Positions 20,916-31,268 of a DNA stretch of 64,000 bases are shown here, piece after piece (the stretch's first letter is position 1; every line of letters starts with the position of its first letter). A model generated the notes under the pieces. The model searched no databases. It saw only the letters and a list, made by a program, of their open reading frames with translations, and was not told where the DNA came from. The stretch covers positions 32,001 through 96,000 of the forward strand of contig CAWBMV010000022.1 in assembly GCA_963789955.1 (NCBI GenBank), written 5' to 3'. A program made the position numbers and the translations under genes. This stretch comes from an uncultured Candidatus Rokubacteria bacterium (lineage in GTDB: Bacteria > Methylomirabilota > Methylomirabilia > Rokubacteriales > CSP1-6).

Positions 20916-22106
20916 GCAAGCCGTTCTCCGGCGTCCGCATCCTCGACTTCACCCGCTATCTCGCCGGGCCATACGGCACCTACCAGCTGGCGCTCCTGGG
21001 CGCCGACGTCGTGAAGATCGAGTCGCACGAAGGCGACGACACGCGCAATCAGCTCGCCGACCGCACGTGGGCGGAGCGGAAGATGGCGCCGTCCTTTCTC
21101 GCGGTGAACGGCAACAAGCGCAGCATCACCCTCGATCTCCGGAAGCCCGAGGCCGTGACGATCGTCAAGAAGCTCGCCGCCACCGCCGACGTCGTGTGGG
21201 AAAACTTCCGCGGCGGCGTCATGGAGCGCCTGGGGCTCGGCTACGAGGCGCTCTCCGCGAGTGAACCCGCGACTGATCTACTGCTCGGTCTCCGGCTTCG
21301 GTCAGACCGGACCCGAGCGGACGACCGCCGCCTTCGACGGCAAGCTCCAGGCGATGTCGGGCATCATGTCGATCACCGGCGAGCCGGCGCACGGCCCGAC
21401 CCGCGCCGGGTTCGCCATCTGCGACACGATCGGCGGCATGACGGCGGCCCTGGCGGTGTCCAGCGCGCTCTATCAGCGCACCCACACCGGACGCGGTCAG
21501 CTCGTCGACGTCGCGATGCTGGACGCGGCGCTCGCCTTCATCCCCGGGACGGTGTCCGAATACACCGTGGCGGGCATCGAGGCGCGGCAGCTCGGCAACG
21601 GCTCCGTGAGCCGCAAGCCGACCGCGAGCCGGTTCCGCGCGCGCGGCGGCTACCTGGTGCTGGCGGTGCTCACCGAGAAGCAGTTCGCGGGCCTCATGAA
21701 CACGCTCGGGCGCGCCGACGCGCTCGCGGATCCACGCTTCAAGGATTGGGCGGCGCGGACGGCGAACGAGCCGGCGTTGCGCGAGATCATCGAAGCGGCG
21801 CTCGCGGCCGACGATCCCAAGAGCTGGGAGGCGCGCCTCACGGCCGCCGACGTGCCGTGCGGGTCCATCTGGAAGATCGACGAGATCGTCAAGCATCCGC
21901 AGCTCGAGCACCGCGACGTGCTGCAGACGATCGACTCGCGCTACGGACCGATGCGGCTGGTCGGCGCCGGATTCCGGCTCGAGCACGGTAGTCCCGGGCT
22001 CGATCGAGAGCCGCCGACCCTGGGCGAGCACACCGACGAGATCCTGAAGGAAGCCGGGTACGCGGCCGAGGAGATCGAGCGGCTGCGGCGCGAAGCGGTC
22101 ATCTGA
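20912..22106 (+). CDS. CaiB/BaiF class III CoA-transferase (frameshift near 21260)
   Basis: GVRILDFTRYLAGP, LGADVVKIE, NGNKRSITLDL, ENFR, NPRLIYCSVSGFGQTGP, PPTLGEHT. Confidence 0.88.
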
Positions 22107-22108
22107 TC

Positions 22109-22288
22109 GTGGCTCAAAAACCCGGTCTCGGCCTGATGATGGCGGGCGCGCTGATCGCGTTCGCCGGATTCTGCATCGTGCTGGTGAGGGTCTTCGAGGT
22201 GCCCGACTACGGCGTCTTGCTGGTGGTGGGGATTGGGCTGTTCGCGCTGGGAGTGGTACGCCGCCTCACCGGCAGCGGTCGCGAGTAG
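22109..22288 (+). CDS. Small two-TM membrane protein (59 aa; below the ORF track cutoff)
   Basis: Own translation MAQKPGLGLMMAGALIAFAGFCIVLVRVFEVPDYGVLLVVGIGLFALGVVRRLTGSGRE; starts 2 nt after the upstream stop. Confidence 0.6.
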   Translation: MAQKPGLGLMMAGALIAFAGFCIVLVRVFEVPDYGVLLVVGIGLFALGVVRRLTGSGRE

Positions 22289-22297
22289 CGCGCGAGC

Positions 22298-22418
22298 GGG
22301 CTGCTGAAAAGGGCCCATCTGCTTCGTTGGCGACTTCGGCCCTCCCTGCGGCGTATGCGGCATACGCCTCAGTCGGGCCTCAGCCGCCGCCTCGCATCTG
22401 GACCCTTTTGAGCAGCCC
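22298..22418. repeat. REP/MITE-like imperfect palindromic intergenic element
   Basis: GGGCTGCTGAAAAGGGCCCATCTGC ... GCATCTGGACCCTTTTGAGCAGCCC terminal inverted arms, with a central hairpin GGCGTATG-CGG-CATACGCC at 22350-22368. Confidence 0.7.
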
Positions 22419-22504
22419 CTCAGCCGGCATCACCCTTCAGCCACGATCAGAAGAGAATCAGGACGCCAGAAGAAAGCAGGACGCGACGACTTCGCCGGCG
22501 CCGG

Positions 22505-23431
22505 TCAGTGCGTGGCGAGGCCGGGCATCGTGAAGCGTTGGGTGTCGAGGTCTGAGATCAGGGCGGTCGACTGAGCCGGGGTCAGCGCGACCAGCGGCGG
22601 GCGGACCGTCGACCAGCCCGCGTCGCGGCCGTGGTGGGCGATCGCGGCCTTGAGCGCTGGGATCATCGGAAACTTCTGGAACACGCCGCGGATCACGTCG
22701 AGCCGTGCCTGCTGCGCGTCGGCGCCGTCGGCCCGCCAGGTGTCGAAGAGCTTCGCGATCGGTCCGGGGTGGACGTTGGCGGTGGCGCTGATGCAGCCGG
22801 CGCCGCCGTGGCGCATGTTCTGGAGCAAGAAGGTCTCGGAGCCGGCGAAGACGTCGAAGCCGGCCTTCGCGAACGCGTCGAGGAACGCCTTCGTGTTGCT
22901 CCACTCGCCGCCGCTGTCCTTCATGCCGGCGACCTGCCCGGGATAGGCCGCGAGGAGTCGCTCGACGAGCCCCAAGGTGATCGGAACCTGGGCGACCGGC
23001 GGGATGTGGTAGACGTACACGCGCAGGCGCGCGTCGCCGACGCGCTCGATGACTTCCGCGAAGCTCCGGAAGAGCCCGTCGTCGCTCACGCCCTTGTAGT
23101 AGAAGGGCGGCAGCATCAGCACGCCGCCGCAACCCACCTTCATCGCGTGGGCCGTCAGCCGCACGGAGTCGGGCAGCGCGCAGCAGCCGGTGCCCGGCAT
23201 CATCCGCGCCGGATCGAGCCCGGCGGCCACGAGCCGATCGAGCAGCTCGATCTTCTCTTCGACCGACAGCGAGTTCGCCTCGGAATTCGTCCCGAAGATG
23301 GCCAGGCCCACGTTCTGGGACAGGAGCCAGCGGCATTGACGGATGAAGCGATCGGCATCGGGCGCCAGATCCTTGCCGAACGGGGTCACGACCGGAGAGA
23401 GCACGCCGGTGATACGCGGGATGTCGGTCAC
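22505..23431 (-). CDS. Dihydrodipicolinate synthase/N-acetylneuraminate lyase family protein
   Basis: VVTPF, FGTNSEANSL, LPPFYYK, YHIP, Schiff-base GMKDS. GTG follows AGGAGG. Confidence 0.88.
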   Translation of the reverse strand: MTDIPRITGVLSPVVTPFGKDLAPDADRFIRQCRWLLSQNVGLAIFGTNSEANSLSVEEKIELLDRLVAAGLDPARMMPGTGCCALPDSVRLTAHAMKVGCGGVLMLPPFYYKGVSDDGLFRSFAEVIERVGDARLRVYVYHIPPVAQVPITLGLVERLLAAYPGQVAGMKDSGGEWSNTKAFLDAFAKAGFDVFAGSETFLLQNMRHGGAGCISATANVHPGPIAKLFDTWRADGADAQQARLDVIRGVFQKFPMIPALKAAIAHHGRDAGWSTVRPPLVALTPAQSTALISDLDTQRFTMPGLATH

Positions 23432-23561
23432 GTTGTCGCCTCCTGTCGGCGGCCTGGAACGCGGCGCCGCCGCTGCCTGCTGCACAAATATATCGGATTC
23501 CGGCGGAGCGAAGCCATTTGCGAAGGGCCCTGACTCCAGAGTACCCTCCGGCCCACCGCCG

Positions 23562-24449
23562 ATGAGACTCCAGGGATTTCCGGGCGCGGCCCTCGTCGCC
23601 GGCGCTGGCCTCATCCTCGCGCTGACCGCCCTCCTGGCCGCGTCGCACAACCCCGAGGACCTGCCGTCGTTCCGGCTCCGCGTGGAGGTGCCCGACCCGT
23701 TCTTGCTCGCGAGCGGCGCCGCGTTCGCGCTCGCCGTCGCCATCGTGATCGGGATCGCCTTCTCGCGAGACCGGCGGCGTCGCGAGACGGAGCTCCAGCG
23801 CGAAGAGGAGCCGTCACGGCTGCCGTGGTGGGCGAACGCGCTGCTGCGAGTGCTGCCGTTCCTGCCGCTTCTCGCGACCATCATCGTCTTCTCGTTCGGA
23901 TGGCAATACGTGGAGAGCTCGCTGCTCGCGTGGAGCCGCCTGATGATGCTGGGCGGATCGGACGGCGCCGCGCCGCGGCCCGACGTCCCGATCCTCTCGC
24001 TGCCGTGGCTCGGATGGCTCGTCGGCCTGCTGGCCCTGCTGGCCGGGCTCGCGACGCTCGCGATGGCGGTGCTGCTGCTCTTCGCCGAGCGCATCGCGCG
24101 CTGGTGGGAGCGCCGCCAGCGCGCCGAGCCGGACGAGCCGCTGGGCGAAGCGGTCCAGGAAGGTCTCGACGATCTCGCGAGCGAGCCGGATGCGCGCGTC
24201 GCGATCATCAGGTGCTACCGCCGCTTCGAGCGCGTCGCGGCGCGTGCGCAGGTGCCGAGGGCGCCCTGGCAGACTCCGGAGGAGTTCATGCGCGAGACGC
24301 TGCGGCGTCTGGTCCTTCCGCATCGCGCGGTGGATCGGCTGACGCGCCTGTTCGAGCTGGCGCGATTCAGCGTGCACCCGCTCGGGTCGACCGAGCGCGA
24401 CAGCGCGCGGGCCTGCCTCGAGGAAATCGGTGCGGCCCTTGGCGCCTGA
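23562..24449 (-). other. Shadow antisense ORFs only on the minus strand here (the real gene is on the + strand; see next entry)
   Basis: Minus-strand ORFs here are Arg/Ala-rich and carry no recognisable motifs. Confidence 0.3.
23562..24449 (+). CDS. DUF4129-domain membrane protein
   Basis: TM segments, then AIIRCYRRFE, WQTPEEF, LTRLFELARFS. Confidence 0.8.
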   Translation: MRLQGFPGAALVAGAGLILALTALLAASHNPEDLPSFRLRVEVPDPFLLASGAAFALAVAIVIGIAFSRDRRRRETELQREEEPSRLPWWANALLRVLPFLPLLATIIVFSFGWQYVESSLLAWSRLMMLGGSDGAAPRPDVPILSLPWLGWLVGLLALLAGLATLAMAVLLLFAERIARWWERRQRAEPDEPLGEAVQEGLDDLASEPDARVAIIRCYRRFERVAARAQVPRAPWQTPEEFMRETLRRLVLPHRAVDRLTRLFELARFSVHPLGSTERDSARACLEEIGAALGA

Positions 24450-24907
24450 GCGGAGTCGGGGTGCCGGTCTCGTCGCCGCGCTGGTGGTCGTGGTCGCCCT
24501 CGGCGCCGCGATCTCGCTGACCGAGCTCTTCGTCGCCCAGGCGATATCGCCCGACCGCGATCCGCCTGATCGGTGCCCTCGTGCTGCTGATCGCCGTCTC
24601 TCGCGTCCGCGCGATCGTCCAGGGCTTCCGTCGAGCGTCGGCCGGCGTGGGGCGTCGACGAGACGGGTGAGGGCGGGTCGGACGGGCGGGCCACCGATGC
24701 GCGCGCGACGCGCTTCGACGACGAGATCAGGTTCAGTGCGCGGAGCCAGTCGTACTTCGAGCATCTGCTGTGGCCGCGGCTCGTCGCGCTCGCGCGCAGC
24801 CGAGGCGGCTCGCCCGATACGCTCGAGAAGCCTCCGGGACGGACCTTCGGCCGCGGTCCGTCGCTCGCCGCGCTGGCCCGCGTCATCGCGTCGCTGGAGG
24901 CGCGCCG

Positions 24908-24911
<4 letters not shown>
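24430..24911 (+). CDS. Hypothetical membrane protein of the MoxR operon (several frameshifts)
   Basis: N-terminal TM helices; C-terminal [14 protein letters not shown]...[20 protein letters not shown] overlap with moxR. Confidence 0.5.
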
Positions 24912-25865
<954 letters not shown>

Positions 25866-25869
<4 letters not shown>

Positions 25870-27140
25870 TCACGCGGCTCACGCCGCTGGCCCTCTCGGT
25901 CGTCACGATCGGCGCGTGGGGGCTCGTGCTGGCCGTGCTGTCGGGCCGGGCCGAGCTCGCCGTCGCCGTGCTGCCGCTGCTGCTGGGGCTCGTTCGGATC
26001 GGTAGAACCCGGGCGGCGAGCGACTGGGCGCTCGGCCGCGTGGTGTCGTCGGCGCGAATCTTCGAGGGTGAGCGCGTCGCGGTGACCGTGACGGTGAGCG
26101 CGGGAGAGCCCGTCGCGCTCCTCGAGCTCTTCGAGCCGCTCCCGCCGAGCCTGCGTCTGGTGTCCGGTCACAATCGCGGCCTCTTCACACTCGGCCGCGG
26201 CCAGCAGGTCGAGTGGCGATACGAGGTCGAGTGTGTGCGCCGCGGACGCGTGGGTCTCGGCACGGTGCACGCTCGCGTCTGGAACCGCGCCGGGCTCGAA
26301 GCGGCTGAGACGTCGGTCCGCGTTCCAGCGGAGCTGCGCGTGTATCCGCGGCCGCTGCCGCTTCGGCGTCTGCCGAGCCCGCGGCGCATGCAGGCGTTCG
26401 TCGGCAACTACGTGGCGCCGAGCGTGGGCGAGGGGCTCGAGCCCGGCGACATCCGCGCGTTCGTCCCGGGCGACCGAATCCGGCACGTCAACTGGCGGGC
26501 GTCACTCCGATTTCGCACGCTCTTCGTCACGCGCTACCACCAGGAGCGCAACGCCGACATCGTGCTGATGCTCGACAGCTTGAGCGAGGCCGGGACGCCG
26601 CCGGCGACGACGCTCGACGCCTCGATCCGGGCGGCCGCCGCGCTGGCGACGAGCTACCTGGCTCGGAAGGATCGCGTGGGCCTCATCGAGTACTGCGGAC
26701 CGTTCCGCTGGGTTCGTCCGAGCTCCGGTCGCACGCACCACGAACGGCTCTTCGAGGCGTTGCTGCGTGCCGACGTGATGTTCAGCTACGTCACCCAGGA
26801 AGTCGCGCTGGTGCCCCGGCGCATCCTGCCGCCCCAGGCGCTGGTCATCGCGATCAGCCCGCTCCTCGATCCGCGCTTCGAGAAGGCGCTGGTCGATCTG
26901 GCGGCGCGGGGCTTCGACCTGGTGGTGCTGAGCCCGTCACCGATCCCACTCGTGCGGCGCGCGATGCGGCCGTCGGTGCGGGCCGACCTGGCGTGCCGGC
27001 TGTGGGCGCTGGAGCGCCGCGCCCGCGCCGACGCGCTCCATCGGCTCGGCATCACGATCGTCGACTGGGATCCCGATCAGCCGCTGGAGGCCGCGCTGGG
27101 CGGCCTGATGCCCTCGCGGCGGCGGGTCGCGGTGCGCTGA
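25866..27140 (+). CDS. DUF58 domain protein
   Basis: IRAFVPGDRIRHVNWRAS, QER, DRVGL; follows moxR with overlap. Confidence 0.85.
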
Positions 27141-27142
27141 CG

Positions 27143-27652
27143 ATGCGTCGCTTCGCCTCGGTGCTCGCCCTGGTCCTCGTGAGCTATCCGCTCCTCATCG
27201 CGTCCTCGCCCGCGGTCGTGGCCCTCGGCGGGGCCGCGCTGATCGTCTGCATCCTTGGAATCCTGGTCGCGACGCACGTGCTGGTCGCCGGCGTGGTGCT
27301 GGCTCTCGCGGAGTACACGCTGGCGCTCTGGATCGGCGCCGGTCCGCCGCGTCTAGCCGGTGGCGTAGTGCTCGGCGTGGTCCTGCTGCTGCTCGTGGAG
27401 ACGGCCGACTTCGGCCGCCGCGCCCATGGCGCCGTGATCGGGCCCGGCGTCGTGCTCGCCCAGCTCCGTGCGTGGGCGCTGTTCGGCTCGCTCGCGGGGG
27501 GAGTCGCCGTGCTCGCGAGCGTCGTGGCGAGCGTGGCGAGTGGGGCGGTCCGCTTGCCGTGGGCTCCCGCGGTGGCCGCCGCCGGCGCCGCCGTCGCCCT
27601 CGTCGGCGTGGCGCTCGCGCTGTCCGCCGTTCGCGTGCCCCCGCGCCCCTGA
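27143..27652 (+). CDS. Hypothetical polytopic membrane protein
   Basis: Highly hydrophobic ORF from ATG 27143, immediately after the DUF58 gene. Confidence 0.65.
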   Translation: MRRFASVLALVLVSYPLLIASSPAVVALGGAALIVCILGILVATHVLVAGVVLALAEYTLALWIGAGPPRLAGGVVLGVVLLLLVETADFGRRAHGAVIGPGVVLAQLRAWALFGSLAGGVAVLASVVASVASGAVRLPWAPAVAAAGAAVALVGVALALSAVRVPPRP

Positions 27653-27747
27653 CCTCCAAACGCTCCCTGCCGCCGTTGGGGGTCTCTCCACCCGGCGATG
27701 CAGGGATTTCCCTGATTGGGGATTGCCCGCTCGCCTCTTAAATTGCG

Positions 27748-28758
27748 TTGGCCCGAGAGCCCTCGATCGGAGACCGATTCGACTCGTTGGAGGAATGCGT
27801 GAGCAAAACTATGCTTCTCGGCGAAAGCGCTCAGATGCGCGCGATCGCACGGATCATCGAAGAGGTCGCGGACACCGACGCGACGGTGCTGATTCGCGGC
27901 GAGTGCGGCGTCGGCAAAGACCACGTGGCGAGGACCATTCATGCCGTCTCGTCGCGCCGGGACCGCCCGTTCGTCAAGGTCAACTGCGCCGCCATTCCCC
28001 TGGGACTGCTCGAGTCCGAGCTGTTCGGCCACGAGCGCGGCGCCTTCACCGGCGCGCACCGGCGCAAGTCCGGCCAGTTCGAGCAGGCGCAAGGAGGCAC
28101 GATCTATCTCGACGAGGTCGCGGAGCTGCCGCTCGCGCTGCAGGCCAAGCTTCTCCACGTGGTGCAGGACCTGCGATTCACCCGGGTGGGGAGCTGTGGA
28201 TCCGTCGACGTCGACGTGCGCATGATCGCCGCGACGAACCAGAACCTCGAGGACGCGATGGCGCGAGGCGAGTTCCGGCCGGATCTCTACTACCGCCTCA
28301 ACGTGGTCGAGATCACGGTGCCGCCGCTCCGCGAACGGCCGGAGGAGATCCCGGCGCTGGCCTTGGAGTTCCTGGCCAGATACAACGCGCAGTACGGACG
28401 GCACAAGGACATTTCGCCCGCGGGGATGGCGCGCCTTGTCCAGCACGCGTGGCGGGGCAACGTCCGCGAGCTGGAGAACGTGATTCGCCGTCTGGTGGTG
28501 CTCGAAGGCGAGCAGGCGATCGACGGCCTGATGAGCGGCCACGGCGGCGCGGTCGCGGCGAGCCGAGTCTTTGACCACGAAAGCCTGCGGGCCGTGGCGC
28601 GCCGCGGGGCGCAGGAAGCCGAGTGCCGGGCTCTGCAAGAGGTGCTCGACGGCGTGAGCTGGAATCGCGCCGAAGCCGCCCGCATCCTCAAGGTCAGCTA
28701 CAAGACCTTGCTCAACAAAATCGGCGAATGCCGGCTGCAGCGGATGAGTCGCGTCTAG
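27748..28758 (+). CDS. Sigma-54 enhancer-binding protein (AAA+ and Fis-HTH) with no N-terminal sensor domain
   Basis: [65 protein letters not shown]. Start may be 27811. Confidence 0.88.
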   Translation: MAREPSIGDRFDSLEECVSKTMLLGESAQMRAIARIIEEVADTDATVLIRGECGVGKDHVARTIHAVSSRRDRPFVKVNCAAIPLGLLESELFGHERGAFTGAHRRKSGQFEQAQGGTIYLDEVAELPLALQAKLLHVVQDLRFTRVGSCGSVDVDVRMIAATNQNLEDAMARGEFRPDLYYRLNVVEITVPPLRERPEEIPALALEFLARYNAQYGRHKDISPAGMARLVQHAWRGNVRELENVIRRLVVLEGEQAIDGLMSGHGGAVAASRVFDHESLRAVARRGAQEAECRALQEVLDGVSWNRAEAARILKVSYKTLLNKIGECRLQRMSRV

Positions 28759-29537
28759 TTGCTGCCGGAGGGCAAGACCCGGCCGGTGCGCCGGAGCCAT
28801 CGGAACAGCGGCCGGCGCACCATGCGATAGGGCCGGTTGAGCACGCGATGAACCCGGATGAGTCCGCTGCGCTGGCGAACGCTGGCCAGCTCGGCGGGTG
28901 TCATCAATTCGCGCGCGAACCGCCGCTTGTGCTTGAGCACATGGTAGCGATCCTCGCGCTGCAGCCTCGCCAGCCACCAGCCTCCGAGCGCGTGTCCGGC
29001 GCGCGGCCCGCGTCGCCACGCGATCTGGAAGTCGAACAGATACGGCTGGCCATCGTCACCGACGAGCACGTTCTCCGGCTTGTTGGAGTCGACGTAGGCC
29101 ACCCCGCGGTCGTGCACCGCTCGCATCGCGGCGTCCAGCCGGGGCCAGAACTCGTCCGGCACCGGATGCTCGCGTGACAGCGGACGTCCGGGGACGAACG
29201 TCCGGAGATAGGCGGTGTCACTGACGCGGGCGAGCAGCGCCGGAACGCACGCGACCCCGGTCAGGTGCCGATAGAAGGCGACCTCTCGGCTGCATTGCCA
29301 GCGCCCGAGCCAGCGGAGCGGCGCGCCGGCGAAGCGGGTCGTCCGGTAGATCTTGAGTACGGCCCGCCGGCCGGCATCGTCCTCGTAGAATCCGGTCGCG
29401 GCCCAGAAGTCGTGCTTCGCGGTCGCCACGTGGCGCAGGGTGCGGCCCGAGATCTCCAGCCGAGCGGGGAGATCCTCTCGCCCGAGGGCCCGCATCCAGT
29501 AGGCGAGTCGTCCTGGCTGGGATTCCATGGGTGCCAT
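28755..29537 (-). CDS. RIO/Kdo-like kinase family protein
   Basis: [31 protein letters not shown]. Confidence 0.7.
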   Translation of the reverse strand: MAPMESQPGRLAYWMRALGREDLPARLEISGRTLRHVATAKHDFWAATGFYEDDAGRRAVLKIYRTTRFAGAPLRWLGRWQCSREVAFYRHLTGVACVPALLARVSDTAYLRTFVPGRPLSREHPVPDEFWPRLDAAMRAVHDRGVAYVDSNKPENVLVGDDGQPYLFDFQIAWRRGPRAGHALGGWWLARLQREDRYHVLKHKRRFARELMTPAELASVRQRSGLIRVHRVLNRPYRMVRRPLFRWLRRTGRVLPSGSN

Positions 29538-29618
29538 TCGCGAGTCGCTTCAGTTTACTCCTTGACCGGGCTCGTCCTCCCGCGGTATCCGTCGAGGCAA
29601 CCGAGGAGGACCACGCTC

Positions 29619-30599
29619 ATGGTGAGCCGGCGAGTCGTCAGATCCTACCAGGCGCGCTACAGCATGGGGGCCAACAAGGCGTCCATGTACGACCTCACGG
29701 ACGCGATCGACGTCCACGCCCACGCGCGCGGCCAGGACGAAGAAGAGCCCATGCATGCCGCGCAGGAGGCCACGCGCGCCGGCATGAAGGCCGTCCTGTT
29801 CAAGAGCATCTCGCCCGGTCGTCCGTGGGAAGTGGCGCGCCGCCTTCAGGACGACGTCGACCGCTGGGCGGAGCGCGAGAATCTCCGGCCGGTGAAGTGC
29901 CTGTCGGCGTGGATCGTCGGGATCCCGTTGAAGCCCATCGACTTCACCGAGATCAAGGCCGCCGTGGAGGGCGGCATTCTCGGCATGTGGATGCCGCCGG
30001 TGACGTCGGCATGGAGCATCTTTCGTCTCGGCGGACGCGGCGTGTGGTTCGACAAGACGCGCGGCTACGACGATCCCGTTCCACCGACGGCCTGGGAAGA
30101 CGCGCGCAAGACCGGCATCTACGTGCTCGACGACCACGGCCGGCTGCTCCCGGCGATTCGCGACACCGTGCGGCTCTGCGCCGACCACGGCGTCGCGCTG
30201 TCATTCGGCCATCTGTCTCCGCAGGAGATGGACGCGCTCGCCGAGGAGATCGCCGCCATCGGCTACCGCCGCGCGTTCATCGATCATCCGTTCAGCGAGG
30301 TGTTCGAATTCGACGTGCCGAAGATGCAGCGCTGGGCCCAGGCCGGCGTGCGCTTCGCGCTCACGTGGGACGAGCTCTCGCCGCTGCTCGGCGTGGATCC
30401 TCAAGACATGGTCGCGGCGATCCGCGCGATCGGGCCCGAGCACTTCATGCTGTCGAGCGACGCGGGCATCCCGCTGCTGCCGCAGACGGTCGAAGCCTAT
30501 CGCCTGCTGGCGGCGATGCTGCGCGCCTACGGGATGACCGAGGTCGAGATGCGACAGCTCATGACCGGCAGCGCGAAGGAGATGCTGACCCTGTCCTGA
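29619..30599 (+). CDS. Amidohydrolase-fold protein, DUF6282-like
   Basis: AIDVHAH, GMKAVLFKS, SFGHLS, IDHP, LSSDAG; GAGGAGG RBS. Confidence 0.7.
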   Translation: MVSRRVVRSYQARYSMGANKASMYDLTDAIDVHAHARGQDEEEPMHAAQEATRAGMKAVLFKSISPGRPWEVARRLQDDVDRWAERENLRPVKCLSAWIVGIPLKPIDFTEIKAAVEGGILGMWMPPVTSAWSIFRLGGRGVWFDKTRGYDDPVPPTAWEDARKTGIYVLDDHGRLLPAIRDTVRLCADHGVALSFGHLSPQEMDALAEEIAAIGYRRAFIDHPFSEVFEFDVPKMQRWAQAGVRFALTWDELSPLLGVDPQDMVAAIRAIGPEHFMLSSDAGIPLLPQTVEAYRLLAAMLRAYGMTEVEMRQLMTGSAKEMLTLS

Positions 30600-30602
30600 G
30601 CG

Positions 30603-31268
30603 TCAGGCGCGGCGCCGGCGCCGGCGCCGGGCCGGCTTTGCGCCGTCCTGGGCGCTCGCCAGCGCCTTCGTCCCGGCGACCGCCTCGGTGACCGTGGCGC
30701 GCACGGCGCGGCTCGCGGCCGAGCCGATGCGATCCGCCGCCTCCACCGCGCCACGCGCGGCGTCCTGCACCAGCGATCCGACGTCGGCGCCGAGCCGCAC
30801 CGCCGCTTCGGCCGTGCCCTGGATCGCCTGGCCGGCCACGCGGCTCACGTCCCCGCCCACGTCGCGAGTCGTCTTCACGGCGTCGCGCGTCGCCGAGCGG
30901 GCCGTTCCGCCCAGCTCGCTCCCGATCTGCTCGGCAGCTTCGATCGTGCCCATGATCGAGTAGCGGGCGACGGCGCCGAGATCCGCCCCGATCTCGCTGG
31001 CCGCGCGAATCGAGCCGCGCACCGCGGCGATCGCCGCCGTGCCCATCTCGCCGCCGACGTCGCGCGCGCCGGAGATCGCCGTCACGAGCGTGTTCTTGAC
31101 CAGGTTCACCACGCCGACGGAGACGGTCCCGCTTCCGCTGACCGCCTTCTGAATCGCCGCTTCGAAGTGTCCGTTGCGGCCACCGCGCGCGCCTCTCGCG
31201 CCGTTCTTGCCCGCTCCGCCGGTCTTCCGCTTCCTCGCCGTTCTTGCCGCGCGCTGCTTGGTTTCCAT
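30603..31268 (-). CDS. 22-aa-repeat amphipathic helical protein with basic termini (in frame with the upstream ATPase but has its own RBS and ATG)
   Basis: GAGGGG RBS, ATG 31268 (METKQR), six 22-mers, poly-Arg tail. Confidence 0.6.
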   Translation of the reverse strand: METKQRAARTARKRKTGGAGKNGARGARGGRNGHFEAAIQKAVSGSGTVSVGVVNLVKNTLVTAISGARDVGGEMGTAAIAAVRGSIRAASEIGADLGAVARYSIMGTIEAAEQIGSELGGTARSATRDAVKTTRDVGGDVSRVAGQAIQGTAEAAVRLGADVGSLVQDAARGAVEAADRIGSAASRAVRATVTEAVAGTKALASAQDGAKPARRRRRRRA

